Source: the human T2T-CHM13v2.0 reference genome, Homo sapiens | Strand: one strand, 5' to 3' | Assembly (NCBI RefSeq): GCF_009914755.1 | Contig: NC_060935.1 | DNA: 64,000 nucleotides | Part shown: positions 43,636-56,989 of the stretch, one piece after another | Layout: every line of letters starts with the position of its first letter | Position numbering within the stretch: the stretch's first letter is position 1 | Notes under the pieces: generated by a model | What the model was told of the DNA's origin: nothing | Databases searched by the model: none | The model's input: the letters and a program-made list of their open reading frames with translations, nothing else | Made by a program: the position numbers and the translations under genes

Positions 43636-44629
43636 AAGAATCTGGCTTATATTTGAGGACCCCCGACATAGTCCACTTCAGGTTTGTTGTTTGACATAGA
43701 AGATGAAACAGATTCACTACTTTGAGGAGGGTTTGGTAACCAGGCATGCTTATGAAATGGTTAGACCCTCTATGACTGCCCCTGTGTGGAAGGCACAGCC
43801 TGCATAGCCCCATGTGGGGGCCCCTGGAGCCCCCTCCACCACCATCACCATAACTATTTTTAAGTTCCCAATAGTTATACTTTAGATCTAGCACTGTATA
43901 TAGAATGGCAAAATATTTTGAGATATTTTAGCAACAAAGGATGTATTTATTTCAAGAGGTTTTCCAGTTTTTAATAAGGTTGTGTGTGGGGAGGACACTT
44001 TCCATAGCTGTATTTTTAGGTTGATTCTCTGTGAAACCAACCACATAGGCCCACTGATGTGGAGGTAGAAAAAACAACCCCATTGCCGATAGGGCTGTGA
44101 GTGGTCATCTACTTTCTTCAACAGAAGGGGAAACAGAGGATCAGAGAAAAGCAACGTCCTGAGTGTCTCACTCACAGGCACCCCCTACAGAGTGAGGGAT
44201 GGGGCCAGGGCTTGTGTGGAGCGTTCTCCCACCGCTACACGCTGCCTGGCCTTGTGATCAGGGAGATGGAGTGGGAAGTGGAGAAAATGTGGGGATACCC
44301 CCCTAGAAACTGGTAGCAGGGTGTAAACATTCAGTTCTATCTAAGGCCTGGTTGGCAGCCAAGGGGATGGCTCATTCAAATTCAGCATGGGTGAAGGGAA
44401 GATGGGAAGGAGACTAACCCGGCTTCTGCTCACTTGTTAAAGTCAGTTTGTGTATGTAAGTGAAGCAAGCTCTGTGACTACCAGTGAAGAACGAAGAAAC
44501 CTACTAAGCAGATAATTGAATTCAAAAACAGCCATTTGGGCTTTAAAACATCTATATGTTTCAGGGCAAAGTGGGGCTCGAGGCTTAAGTTACCCAAATA
44601 ACAAATTCCATTTCCTAACTTACCTGGAA

Positions 44630-45028
44630 TGGCATTTTCCAAGCAGAGCTATTAATAATAGATATTCTGGGAAGAAAGGTTGTTTTGGCCAACAGATTTG
44701 GACGATATACTGGTCAACCAAGTTGATGGGTATCTTTACTGCAGGACTTCTCAGAGCCTGCTCATGTGTATCGTGAAACTCTGAGAGAAGATTTTACTGT
44801 GGTATGATATTTTAAATATATGTATGCACACAAATACATATAATATATAAAAATACATATAATATATACTACATATACATAAATACACATATGTAAATAC
44901 ATTATAATATATACTACTATATCTTATAGTATACAGGATTTTCCAGATTTACTCACTTGAAGATCTTTTTTTCCCCTTCCATATCTCAGGGGACCATTAT
45001 TTCAGGGCTGACATTGGGAAAAACAGTT
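44630..45028. mobile_element. hAT-Charlie fossil (MER103C-like) with an internal AT-rich tract (44805-44935)
   Basis: TCTTTACTGCAGGACTTCTCAGAGCCT core motif. Confidence 0.5.
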
Positions 45029-45704
45029 CTGTATGGTGTTACCCATCTTCTATGCCTGAGAGAACATTTTAGGAAAAGAGATGTGGTTCTAGGAGGAGAA
45101 GGATAAGGATAAAAGGATGGAGGTTAGCCAGTCCAGTGTTCTGGGCAGGTGGCTGGACTGTGAGCTAAGAGATGCAAATGTTTGTCTCAGGAGAGATGAT
45201 AGCTGACTTCTTATCCTCTGGAGATTCTCCAAACCTGGACATGCTAAAATCTAAGACTTACAACAGGTATCACACTTGTGAAGGGACATTGTGGCACTGA
45301 TGTCAAGCTAGGGATGGCCTGAGCAACTGCAGACACCAGGGATGTTTAACCTGGGGACCCAGGACACCATTAGCGCTATACTTCCCCAAAGTCCCCACCT
45401 AGGGAAAGGAGCTGGTTTTCCTCCTAACCTCTAGGGAGGAACACAACCAGGATCAGAGCATCAGTGTTTTGGAGAGGCAGAGTTCAGCACCACCCAAAAG
45501 AAAGCTTTCCAGAGACTGTTGCTGTCCATCGCACTCTGGGCAGACAGGCCCCTGTGGTAGCTGGCTCACCATCCCATGCCCACCTGGGAGGGGCAGAGGT
45601 AAGTTTAAACCCTGGATGAGGTATGATTTCAAAGACCTTTCCCAGCCCTAGGAATTTTGACTCTACATAGTTTGACTTTGTAATAATATTGACCAATGAC
45701 AGCA

Positions 45705-46495
45705 TTTTCTAATTCCCTTACCCTCTATATTCAATCTAGCAACAAGGCCATCATGTCTGCCTACGAAATAAGTCTTCAACCTATCCATATCCCTCCCCCT
45801 CCACTGCTACTCCCTTAGTCCAAGTGGCCATTACTTTATGCCTGGAATACTGCAGGAGACTCTTAGCTGGTCTTGCTGCCTCTATTCTTGCTATCTTTTA
45901 ACCCATCCTCCTCAGCAGCCAATGAGTTGAAACCCTTGGAAGAAGGGCAAATTCCTCACTGTGACCTGCCAGGCCCCCCTGAACTGATCTGAGTCTGACT
46001 GTACAATCTCCTCTCTTTCCACTTCCATTTTTGCTTACTACACCATGGCTATGCAGACCCCCACAAACACAGTGAGCGCTCACCTTCCGGCGTTTGCACT
46101 GGCTGCTCCTTCTCTTTGAAACACAGTTCCCGCTGCTCTTCCTATGGTGACTCTTTCTCATCCTTCAGGCTTTGGCTCAAATGCCCCTGGCCCCGCCCAG
46201 GAAGCTTCTGTGCTTACCCTGTCCACATCAACACAGCCTCTATTGCTATGGCTTCTACCCACTCTCTTTCACAGCCCTTTGTCTATTTCCTTTCTGGCAC
46301 TTATAACAATCTGAAATATAATTTTTATTTATTTATACTTTGATCCATCTCTGCCATCCCTCCCATTTCTACCTAAAATTCAAGCTTCCTAAGGGCAGAG
46401 ACTTTATTTTGTTCACACTATATTCCTAATACCTAGAATAGTGATTGGCATATAGCAGGTACTGAATAGATATTGGTTGAATTAATTAATTAATG
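45705..46495 (+). mobile_element. L2 LINE 3' portion
   Basis: TCCCTTAGTCCAAGTGGCCATT..GGGCAGAGACTTT..ACCTAGAATAGTGATTGGCATATAGCAGGTACTGAATAGATATTGGTTGAAT. Confidence 0.8.
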
Positions 46496-47480
46496 ACGGG
46501 CTGCTCTGTTTGTTGCCGAGATGGAAAGTTGAAAGCCTTAGATGAAGACTCCTCTCTGGGGGATCCCACTGGACATCCCTATGCCGTATCTCTACTTTCC
46601 CACAGTGGCACTGTACCCATAATGATGACTTCCCCATCTGCACATACTCTTCAAGTCCCAGCCAGCCCCACCCAGGCACAAGCCAGGGAGGAGGCCATTG
46701 TTCAATAAGCTCCAGGGTGCTTCATCAGACCTGCACCAGAAGACAAAGCCATTTCCTAAGTGTGAGAATTGCTCAGTACAGTGTTAGGAAATCTTCCTCC
46801 CTGGAGAGCTTTTTAAATAGACTCTCATTTTTCTGGGGTTATTTTGAGCAAACTTCCATCTGGAGATGGAGAATGAGACAAACCAGGAACTTAGATGACC
46901 TCAGGAGTTCCTCCCTGATCCTGGCTGAAGGATTCTTGTCAGACCTGCAGTTCCACTGCTGGATTCTCTCTGTCTCCTAAATCATCCGCTTTGACTTCTT
47001 CCTCTCCACCTGGGCTCTCTGGATGTGCCAAGGCGCTGTGCATGGAGTCAACGGCTTTGATTAAGCAGCTTTGATCTCTGTTGAGCATCTCGGAATAAGA
47101 TCTTTGCTCTCAGCATCTGTGCCAATTCTCGAAATAGTTTAGCTCAGCCAAGCAGGAGGGGGGCTGGATTGCAAAGTGTATTATATGAGAAATTTAAAAA
47201 GAAAAGGCAGCTGCAAACAGTCAGGGGTGTGTGTGTGTGTTAATGTGGGCACCCATGGCTCCTGGGAAATGATTACCATGCTATCAGCATGCACCAACCC
47301 TGTATTCACAGTGGCTGCCTGCTGCGAGAAAGTGGGCAGCTTGCAGCAGTCAAACCCTTGCATCAGGTGGTAGTTCTGTTGGAGAAACAAAAACATCAAA
47401 GACCTTTGCTTCTATTGACTTGGCTTTTGCTTATTTTCACTAAGGTATTCTGAGATGTGTGCCAGCGTGTGTTCTGCATA

Positions 47481-47495
47481 GCTGCCATCTGGTGT
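47481..47495 (-). promoter_or_regulatory. CTCF motif
   Basis: Reverse complement ACACCAGATGGCAGC, one mismatch to CCACCAGATGGCAGC. Confidence 0.45.
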
Positions 47496-47600
47496 GGGGT
47501 TGGGTGTATGCATACAGGGGGAATCACTATGGTTTTGAGGTGCTGATCCTATACACAATTATATATATACATGCCACAGGATGGATGTATTTGCTCTTCT

Positions 47601-48344
47601 TTTTTAAAATTTTTTTATTATACTTTAAGTTTTAGGGTACATGTGCACAACGTGCACGTTTGTTACATATGTATACATGTGCCATGTTGGTGTGCTGCAC
47701 CCATTACTCGTCATTTAACATTAGACATATCTCCTAATGCTATCCCTCCCCCCTCCCCCCACCCCACGACAGGCCCCGGTGTGTGATGTTCCCCTTCCTG
47801 TGTCCATGTGTTCTCATTGTTCAATTCCCACCTATGAGTGAGAACATGCGGTGTTTGGTTTTTTGTCCTTGCGATAGTTTGCTGAGAATGATAGTTTCCA
47901 GCTTCATCCGTGTCCCCACAAAGGACATGAACTCATCCTTTTTTATGGCTGCATAGTATTCCATGGTGTATATGTGCCACATTTTCTTAATCCAGTCTAT
48001 CATTGTTGGACATTAGGGTTGGTTCCAAGTCTATGTAATTGTGAATAGTGCCACAATAAACATACGTGTGCATGTGTCTTTATAGCAGCACGTTTTATAA
48101 TCCTTTGGATATATACCCAGTAATGGGATGGCTGGGTCAAGTGGTATTTCTAGTTCTAGATCCATGAGGAATCGCCACACTGACTTCCACAATGGTTGAA
48201 CTAGTTTACAGTCCCACCAACAGTGTAAAAGTGTTCCTATTTCTCCACATCCTCTCCAGCACCTGTTGTTTCCTGACTTTTTAATGATCACCATTCTAAC
48301 TGGTGTGAGATGGTATCTCATTGTGGTTTTGATTTGCATTTCTC
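47601..48344 (-). mobile_element. L1PA4-like, 5' truncated (about 745 bp)
   Basis: 3' UTR plus ORF2 end; perfect 19-bp TSD TGGATGTATTTGCTCTTCT (47582-47600, 48345-48363). Confidence 0.95.
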
Positions 48345-49432
48345 TGGATGTATTTGCTCTTCTAAATATGTGTGTTATATTTGAGCACGTACATACCAGG
48401 AACCTGGCATTTAATCATCTCCATGTAGATAAATGCATAAGTATCTTGGGTTAGTAAGTAGGTACCCCTGTGCGTATGTGTCTGTGTATGTGATACCTCT
48501 GTGTGCATGTGCATGTGCACACACACACACACACACACAGCAGCCTTTCTGTGAGTTTTGTTGCCCTGGAGGGGGATGGGGTATGTACACAGCAGAAGCA
48601 TGTATGGTTATATTTGCATGGAGGTGAATTCCAGAAAGAGATGCTGGGGAAAAGGTGTTTCATATCAGGACATTTTGAACTGTAAGTCATTATTTTCTCC
48701 ACTTTGATGCCCAACCCCTGGGAAACTTGTCCTTGTGTATAGCCCCTCTGGATGTACAAGTAAAAGAAAAATGTCTCTATTTGGGACCATTTGTTCCTCC
48801 AGAGGAAGCATTTTTTTGGTATTGGCTGTTGCTGCGAGAAGCCTTTGTTCCTATGGTGGCCCCAGGCCGGTGGATATGAATTAATGCATCTCATATAACC
48901 CTCTGTGGTAGAGGCCTTTTGACTGAAGCTAAAGGAAGTGGGAGCCAGGAAGGCGGACTGTGGTCTAATATTGCTTGTGATCCAACCATTCCTGTGGGTT
49001 CCTTTGCTTTGAGGATCCCTCAGCCGTGGATCACAGGGCAGCTGCAGAAGACCAGGCTCTTGCTGAGACTGGGAGAGTAAAGCCCTGGAAAGAAGTAGTG
49101 GATTTTCTGGGGCCACTACAGGGCCTGAGACTGCAGGAAGAGATTCAGAACTGGTTGGGGTGTGGACCTCCGCTTGTTGGGCCTCAAGTAAAGGGGAAAG
49201 TAGGCAGCAGAGATGAGATCTGAAAATCAGGATAGATGGGCCAGCAGGCCAGGGCAGAAAAACCAGAGCACAAAGGTATGGACCAGTTTATGGCATTATC
49301 TGTAGCCCAGGTTGGGCTTTGACTGAATGTTGCATCTGGTATTTTACACCAGTTGCTTGGTTGTGGTTGCCTGGAGCATTGTATTGAAAATAATTCATAG
49401 GCCAATGAATTCTTATGGGAAAAGAAGGTGGA

Positions 49433-49932
49433 CGTATTAGTTTTCTTTTTGCTGCTATAACAAATTATGAAAATTTTGTGGCTTAAAACAACGCAAGCCT
49501 ATTCTCTTACAATTCTGGAGGTTGGAAGTCCAGTACGGGTTTCACCAGGCCGAAATCAAGGTGTCGAAAGGTCTGCATTCCTTCTGGAGGCTCTAAAGAG
49601 GAATTCATTTATTTGCCCTTTACAGATTCTAGAGGCTGGTCCTATTCCTCAGCTTGTGGCCCCTTCCTCCATCTTCGAGGCCAGCAAAGGCCAGTTTGAG
49701 CCTCCCTCATGCTGCATCACTCTGACACAGACTCTCCTGCCTCCTGCTTTCACTTCTAAGGACCACTGGGATTACACTGGGTGCACCTGGATAATCCAGG
49801 AGATTCTCCCTATCTCAGTATCCTTAAATTATTCACATGTGCGAAGTCCTTTTTACCATGTCAGATAACATTTTCACAGATTTATGGGATTCAGACGTGA
49901 ACATCTTTGGGGGCCATAATTCCACCTACCAC
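49433..49932 (-). mobile_element. MaLR solo LTR (MLT1D-like)
   Basis: GTATTAGTTTTC..GCTGCTATAACAAATTA..CTGCATTCCTTCTGGAGGCTCT..GGGGGCCATAATTCCACCTACCAC. Confidence 0.85.
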
Positions 49933-50155
49933 CATAGGGATAAATTAGTAATGTCTGCCCAGGACCTGGTATAGGTTTGGGGTGATAAGGATGCCAGATA
50001 TTCACCATCCCTAGTCTGGCAACTAACAACATGTAGAGTTAGGAAAGGGATATCAACACACTGAAAAGGGATGAGAAGAAATGGAAACTAAAACTTACTG
50101 AGCTTTTACTATAGGCCAGGCACTTGCTATATGATTCAAAAGCATGTCTCATTTA

Positions 50156-50247
50156 TTAGGTTGGTGCAAAAGCAATTGCGTTTTTTGCCATTACTTTTAA
50201 TGGTAATGGCAAAAACCATTACTGCAATTGCTTTTGCTCCAACCTAA
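50156..50247. mobile_element. MADE1 mariner MITE (miR-548-type hairpin), 92 bp, inside an antisense MIR
   Basis: TTAGGTTGGTGCAAAAG...CTTTTGCTCCAACCTAA with TA TSDs at 50154-50155 and 50248-50249. Confidence 0.93.
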
Positions 50248-51109
50248 TAATTATCACCACAACGCTGGTTGGATGAGGTGGAAACTAGTATTTTACAGCT
50301 GAGTAAAACTGAAGCCCAGAGAGGTTAAGTGACTCTTCCAAAGTCACCCAGTGGTAAATGACAAAGCAGAAATTCAAAACCAAGTCTAACTCCAAAACTA
50401 CACCATTGCTGCGGCCAAGAACCTGGGTAGCTTCTCTCATGCAATGTGATGTCATTAAAGGTAACATTGGCTGCCACGGGCAGTGATACCTCATTGGCTT
50501 GATGAAAATGCCTGGCACTGAGCTTTTCTTAGAACCTGCACCCACCTTGCAGATTATCCCCTGGCTTTGCAAATGGGGTTGAATGAGAGGCCAGGGCTGG
50601 GGGCTTCAGCCCCATCAGCAGAAATGCTAATGGCCTCTTGAGCAAATGCCAGAAAACCAGAAAATGCACACCCAGCATCTCTGATTATGACTTTATACCA
50701 ACATGCTTCGTGTTCTAATTGCTCCTCCTTACCAACCTTGAGGGGCTGCAGAATGGAGCTCACTGAGAAAAAGAAAATGGAGGTGTGGGATGGGAGCTCT
50801 ATTTCATTTAATACAAATATTCTTAACTGCACATCAGGCCTGTTTGAAATGGGGCAGAGAAAGTTTGGCAGGCAGGCTTCCTCATTCTTTTTGTCTTTTG
50901 TATAGGCAAGCTCTGGGCAGCCACACATGGCTCATGACCACATCTGAGCTGAGGGCGTGTGGTGATGTTTACCAGGTGCTGAAAACTACTGGAAGTCAGA
51001 GGGCAGGAGGAAGAATGGGTTCAGAAGAGTTACAGTACAGGATCTGGGGAGCTTCCCAGGGTGTGGGGATGTTGGGGTATATTTGAGGGTGAGGGTGCTG
51101 GCCAGAGGC

Positions 51110-51360
51110 AGGTAATCATACAACAATTTTCAAATAGCATCTATACTCCAGGCACTGAGCTAGATGCTTTAAATATAAAACCTTTCATCTTATCAACAAC
51201 ATTGTGAGGTAGGCATTATAGATCTCTCCAATTTATAGATATAGAACATGAGGCTCAGAGAAGTTAAGTAACTTGCACAAAATCACACAGCTTGAATGTG
51301 GCAGAGCCTAGACTTGAACTCAGATATGACTTATACTACAACCCATCTCTCTTCAGGCAC
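51110..51360 (-). mobile_element. MIR SINE
   Basis: ATGAGGCTCAGAGAAGTTAAGTAACTTGCACAAAATCACACAGC. Confidence 0.8.
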
Positions 51361-52484
51361 TACAGGAGGACAGCCCCCTCCCATACTCCCTCTCCTAGGC
51401 CTCCAGATTTTCTGAAAGCTCTGCCACAGGCAGGTGGCAGGAGTATCAGAAAATGCCAGCTGTTCCTGCCACAAGCAGAGGTGGAGTAAGAGACGACACT
51501 TTTTCTCAGGGTCTCTGGCTTGAGCTGCTAGAACTTGCAATCCTGGTGCCTGTGGTCAAGATTGTCCAGATAGATTTCCCTTGGCGAGCTGCCCTCAGCA
51601 CTTAGAAAACCACAGGCCTGAGAGGATGTGGCTGAGCGCACATGTGCCTACATACTTTGTCCACTGTTGCAGATCTCCCAGGCTGATGGGTTTCCAGAAG
51701 TCATAAAGATGCTGGCTCTGTTCATCAGTTGATGCCACCATGGAAGACTGTGGAGCAGTCCTCAGATCATACCTAGGGTTAAAGCTGCTCTTTGCTTCCC
51801 AAAATGTCCCGGCTTTTCTGATCCTCCCAAGCCTGGAAATTCATAAGTCCACTTGCAACACAAAATGAGCATCTGCTGGATGGTCAGTATCTGCCCACCT
51901 CCCTCCAGCACCAACATCATCCCTCATCCTCATTATAACTCTGTGAAGCAGATGCATGACCCCCTTCTAGAGATGAGGAAACCGAGGCTTGGGAAGGCTC
52001 CAGGACATGTCAAGCTTCTGCAGCAAGCAGATGGGAGTAGCAGCACTTGCATCTGGATCTTCCAGCTCTTGAACCTGGACTTGGACACCCATACCTTGCT
52101 GTGTCTGTAGCCAGTCACCTTTAGGTTGTGAGCCCTGGCCAAGGATGGATGTGGAGTAGAGGGAGAAAGTCAAGGCTTCTGACCCACACTTTTGTTTGGT
52201 GGAAGCAGGAGAGAAGAGGTGGGCTCTGGGCAAGAGGGCAGAGGTTCTGGCTCTTTCTCCTAACTGTGTCTGCTTCAGAGGTTTAAAAGTTAGCGGTCAT
52301 TGAGCTCCTATTGTATGCCAGGTATAATGTTAGAACTTTTACATTAATCCTCCCAACTGTTGTGAGTCAGACAACATTAGTCTTATTTTACAAAAAAATG
52401 ACAACACTGAGGCTTAGACATTGTAGTAGCTTCCCTACATTGATGTGGGACAGGCTTCTCTGTAGGGGAGGGTGGCTTGATATG

Positions 52485-52910
52485 CTGTGGTATGCTGGAG
52501 TCAGCTTATACTCGCACAAGAGCCAGCTGTTAATTTTTCAGGAATTTTGTGAGCTACTTGTGAAAAGCAGTTATTATTAAAAATTAAATTTTATAATCTA
52601 ACAATTAAAACAGTATATTAAAAACGAAGGTAATAAATACTCAAAACTCATCATTTCTTTCCTACTGTCTATGCTCTTGAAGTTATTTTAGGTCTATTGT
52701 TTCTAGATGGTGGAAACACTATATAAAATACTATGTAATGATTTACTATACACATCTCTTCCCCTGCCACATTCAGTGGTGCCATGGCAGTAACTTGACA
52801 TCAGCCATGATGGGAATATTTACACCACAGCAATTGCAAACATGCCAAATGAGAGTTGGTTTTATTTTTCCTAGAGAGCCAGCTGGTAAACATTTTCCCG
52901 CACATCACTG
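52485..52910. mobile_element. MER63B-like hAT-Blackjack transposon
   Basis: TTAATTTTTCAGGAATTTTGTGAG..GGTAATAAATACTCAAAACTCATCA..GGGAATATTTACACCAC..GCACATCACTG. Confidence 0.8.
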
Positions 52911-53224
52911 CCTGATAGGCCTCAAGCATATCATGTTTCAGAATGGGGCCCAGTAGCTAAGAGGAAGTGCCCAAGGGTCATGAGTCTCAGAAGCCCAGTC
53001 CACACTGGGATGGCTCTTATGTTTGTTGGGTGCTGGCCTTGGTTCCACCGTTGCTGCTGATCTGCCAAGTGAAAACAGCCCTGGAGAGTGGTTGGTGATG
53101 GGGCCCCCTGAGAGATCACAGGCGTGGACTTTTTCTACTCTGCTATGGTTAGCCTTCAGGATAACAAGGTAATGTCAAACATATATCTGTCCTTTGAAAA
53201 TTATACCCTGGCAGTAACACAATT

Positions 53225-53665
53225 AAATACTTGTACAGTTATTATTAGCTAGGTGTAGAGGAATCAGATAATACAGATAAGCCAAAAAGAAATAAAAATT
53301 GTCCAAATTTCTGCCACCTAGAAACAATTAATGTTAATATTTTGATGTATTTCCTACCTGATATCTTACTATGCTAATTATGGACATTTTTAGTAGATTT
53401 TATTACACTTGATGTTTTGTAATTGGGTTTTCTTCACTCAACATTATAAGCATCTTTCTGTGTTATTTTTTATCCATAGAAATTTGTTTTCGTGGCTCTA
53501 TAGTATTCTATCATGTGTACTTACAGCTCCAGTTTTGGGGCATTTAGGCTAATCGTAGTGTTTCTATAGCATAAACTGTGCTATGAGGAACATTCATATC
53601 ACTAAATCCTTGTGATTCTCCTCAGGATAAATTCTCTAGAGTAAGACTGCTATGTCAAGGGATAT
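53225..53665 (-). mobile_element. Old L1ME-like fragment
   Basis: GGCTCTATAGTATTCTATCATGTG..CTATGAGGAACATTC..GGATAAATTCTCTAGAGTAAGACTGCT. Confidence 0.6.
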
Positions 53666-53817
53666 AGAACAGTGCAATATTTGCATCTGGTTAGTGGGCT
53701 AACATTCCCACCATTCCACCACTTAATTTGAGCTACAAGAGCTCTAGGGGACTTTCATAATAAGATTATTACTCCTGTGTTTCAAATGACCTCGAGAGAA
53801 TATATTATAAAGAACAC

Positions 53818-54174
53818 TGTCCTGGTCCACTCAGCCTTCTGTCACAGAATACCTAGACTGAATGGCATATAAACAACAAACATTTGTTTCTCACAGTTCT
53901 GGAGGCTGGAAGGTCAAGATCAAGATGTGGCAGATTTGGTGTTTTGTGAAAGCCTGCTTCCTGGTTCACAGATGGCTGTCTTGTCATTGTATTCTCACAG
54001 CGAGAGTGGAGGGGTCTCTCTGGGGCCTCTTTTATAAGTGCACTGATCCCACTCACAAGGGCTCTGCCTTCATGACCTAATCACCTCCCAAAGACCCCAG
54101 CTCCAGATCCCATAACATTAGAGATTAGTTTTCAACATATGAATTTGGGGGAATATAATATTCAGTCTATCATA
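53818..54174 (-). mobile_element. MaLR solo LTR (MLT1A0/MSTD-like)
   Basis: TTTCTCACAGTTCTGGAGGCTGGAAGGTCAAGATCAAG..CATGACCTAATCACCTCCCAAAG; TSD AACAC (53813-53817, 54175-54179). Confidence 0.88.
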
Positions 54175-54184
54175 AACACATAAC

Positions 54185-55485
54185 CAAATAATAAGAAAAC
54201 AATCAATGCAATTAAAAATTGAACAGAATATTTGAACAGGCACAAAAGACATATGAATGGTAAATAAGCACATGAAAAGACCCTCAGTATCATTGATAGC
54301 CAGGGAAACGCAAAGAAAACGATAGTGAGATACTTCCACACTCCCATTTGAATGCCAAAACACAAAAGTGTGACAAATAGCAAGTATTGGCAACGACATG
54401 AAGCAACTGAAACTTTTTCTATCGCTGGCAGGAATGTAAAGTGATTCCACCACTTTGGAAAATGGCAGTTCTTATACAGTTAAGCATATACTTACCATAT
54501 GTTATGGGTTGACTTGTCTTCCCCAAAAAAGATATATTGAAGTCCTAACCTCTGGCACCTGTGAATGTGACCTTATTTGGATACAAGGTCTTTTCAGATA
54601 TAATCAAGTTAAGATGAGATCATGAAGTTGGGCCGTAATCCAATATGACTGGCACCCTTATAAGAGAAAAATTTGGAGACAGACAGCTGCAGAGGAGAAT
54701 GCCATGTGAAGACATAGACACAGAGGGAAGGTGGCCCTGTGGAGACAGAGGCAGGTATGGGAGTTAGGCTGCCACAAGCCAAGGGCTGGAACTAGGGCTG
54801 TCAGAAGCTGGAAGAGACAAGGAAGAAACCTCCCTAAGAGGCTTCAGAGAGAGCGTGGCCCTGCTAACACCTTGATTTTGGACTTATAGCCCCTAGAACT
54901 GTAAGACAATAAATTCCTGTTGTTTTAAGCCTCCTGGTTGTGGTACTTTGTTATGGCAGCCCAAGAAAACTAAAACACCACCCACTGTATGACCCAGAAC
55001 TTCCATGCCTGGGTATTTAACCCAGAGAAATGAAAGCATAGGGCTACACAAAAAACTTGTTTATGTAGGATCATAGCAGCTTTATTCACAGTAGCCCCAA
55101 ACTGGAAACAAGCCAAATATCCAACGACAAGTGAATGGATATGCAAATTGTGGTGTATTCACACAGTGGAATACTACCCGGCAATTAAAAGGAATGAACT
55201 TCTGACACGTGCACAACATGAATGAATCTCAAAAACATGCTGAGAGATAGAGGCCAAACAAAAAAGACTATATACAGAATAATTCCATCTGTATGAAATT
55301 CCATAAAAGGCAAACTTAATCTTTAATGACGGAAAACAGAAAGTAGAGCTTTTGGGGTGATAGAAATGTATATATCTGAGTGCGCTGGTGGTTACAGAAG
55401 TATCTCATTTATAAAAACTCATTGAATTGAACACATAAAATGAGTGTTTTATTCTATGTAAACTATTTCTTAATTAAGTTAGCCT
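54185..55485 (+). mobile_element. Old L1ME/MD-like 3' portion, interrupted by an MLT1C-like LTR
   Basis: ATAAGCACATGAAAAGA..CACTTTGGAAAA..CATAGCAGCTTTATTCACAGTAGCCCCAAACTGGAAACAA. Confidence 0.8.
54500..54977 (+). mobile_element. MaLR solo LTR (MLT1C-like)
   Basis: TGTTATGGGTTG..GAATGTGACCTTATTTGGA..GTACTTTGTTATGGCAGCCCAAGAAAACTAAAACA. Confidence 0.88.
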
Positions 55486-56989
55486 AAACATGGAGAGCTA
55501 TTTGCCTGCCCTTAGTCACACAGCTCTGATGGCCAAGCCAGAACCTGAATCCCATCATCTGAGTCTCCGTTCAAGGTAGCTCTTGGGAGAAGAAAAAAAA
55601 CACCCCACTAGGTCTGTAAAAAGCCATTAGGTTTGTAGAGACCCTCTTGACACACTTCAAGAGCCTTTTCCTGGAAAGCATTCTTCACAGCTAATCTCCA
55701 GGGAGAACGTCTTTTCTCAAGGGTTCTATAAGAGCAGAGAGATTAAATAAGAGCCTAACTCAAGCATTTTCAACCTGCTAGGCCCCAAGGTGGAGAAGAG
55801 AGGCCTGGGTACACTTCCCTTGGGACAGAGGCATGGAGAATTTCAGAACCTGTGATGCACATGAAACATATAATGTGCCATGTCTGTAAGACGTGCTTGT
55901 TGGAATGTCCTTCACTGCACACCCCACCGGGCCACATGGCTGCAGAGGTGCCCACATCAGTGAGTGGTCAGACCATGCCTTGGGTTGGCAGTGTTACCTA
56001 GAGGTCAAGATTCCCCTGTCAGCATGGGCTTGCTGAACCTCAGTTTCCTCATCTTTAAAGGAAGCACATGACACCCACTTTGAAATTTCATTGTGAGAAG
56101 TAAGTGGGATGATGTATGTGAAGCACTTAGCACCATGTGGCATGAGGTAAAAGCTCAATGCATGGAAACTTGTTTTATAATTTGAATTATTACCAATCCT
56201 GACTCATTTAAGAGCCTGAGGAGGATCTGAGTGAAAAACTGAGGCTGAATAGACCAGCTTAGCCATCCACCTTAGCCCTCATAGCAAAGACAGGGCAGAT
56301 GGCAGCCTTGACAGATGGCATCTGTTTCTAAAAACCATTTCTGGCAGGATGAGTCATAAAGCATAATAGGATATGCTTTTTCTTTAAACCTTGAAGGATG
56401 AGTATTTAGATACACCAGAACTTTGAGGACGTTGAGTGACAGCGTAAGAAAGCTGTACTGCATGCTGTGGGTAATGGTGGACCATAGAACATCCTGGAGC
56501 AAGGAGTGACCTTATTTCATAATAACTCGGATGCACAGTGATTAATCCAAGATATTAACCAATTAAATGAAGCCTATTAGAAAAAAATGCCACTTGTCCC
56601 CCTACAATCCCAGCTAACAGAAGCCTTCATTCAGAATCTACCCAGGGTCAGGGGCTTTGAGGAGTGCTTGGAGGAATCTTGGTTTATTACAAGTGTCCTC
56701 GGGACCATCCTCATTCCAGGGCTGCTCCGGTCTGAAGCCAGCAGAGCTGACATGCAGGGTGGGTTCTTGTGGGGTCCTGGGTCAAGGCAGCCTCCATCCC
56801 AGCCCCTCTGCAGAGGTGCTGAGGATGTGGGCCAAGGGTCAGCTGTGAGGGCTGCACAGTTGGATATTTCTCTGAATAAACTGTGATGTGCAGTGAGGAA
56901 TCAAGGCTTCCCCCAGACCCTAGCATCCTTGATTGTCTAAGCTTAGGTTTTTGGACAAAGAACTATTGGTTTTCCCCTCTTTTCTTCCC

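Noticed and set aside
48451-49116. 221-aa minus-strand ORF (and the 169-196-aa ORFs at 19901, 32440, 33527, 33757)
   Set aside because: No recognisable domain, several lack an ATG start, and they are extended by CA/TG repeats; consistent with chance ORFs
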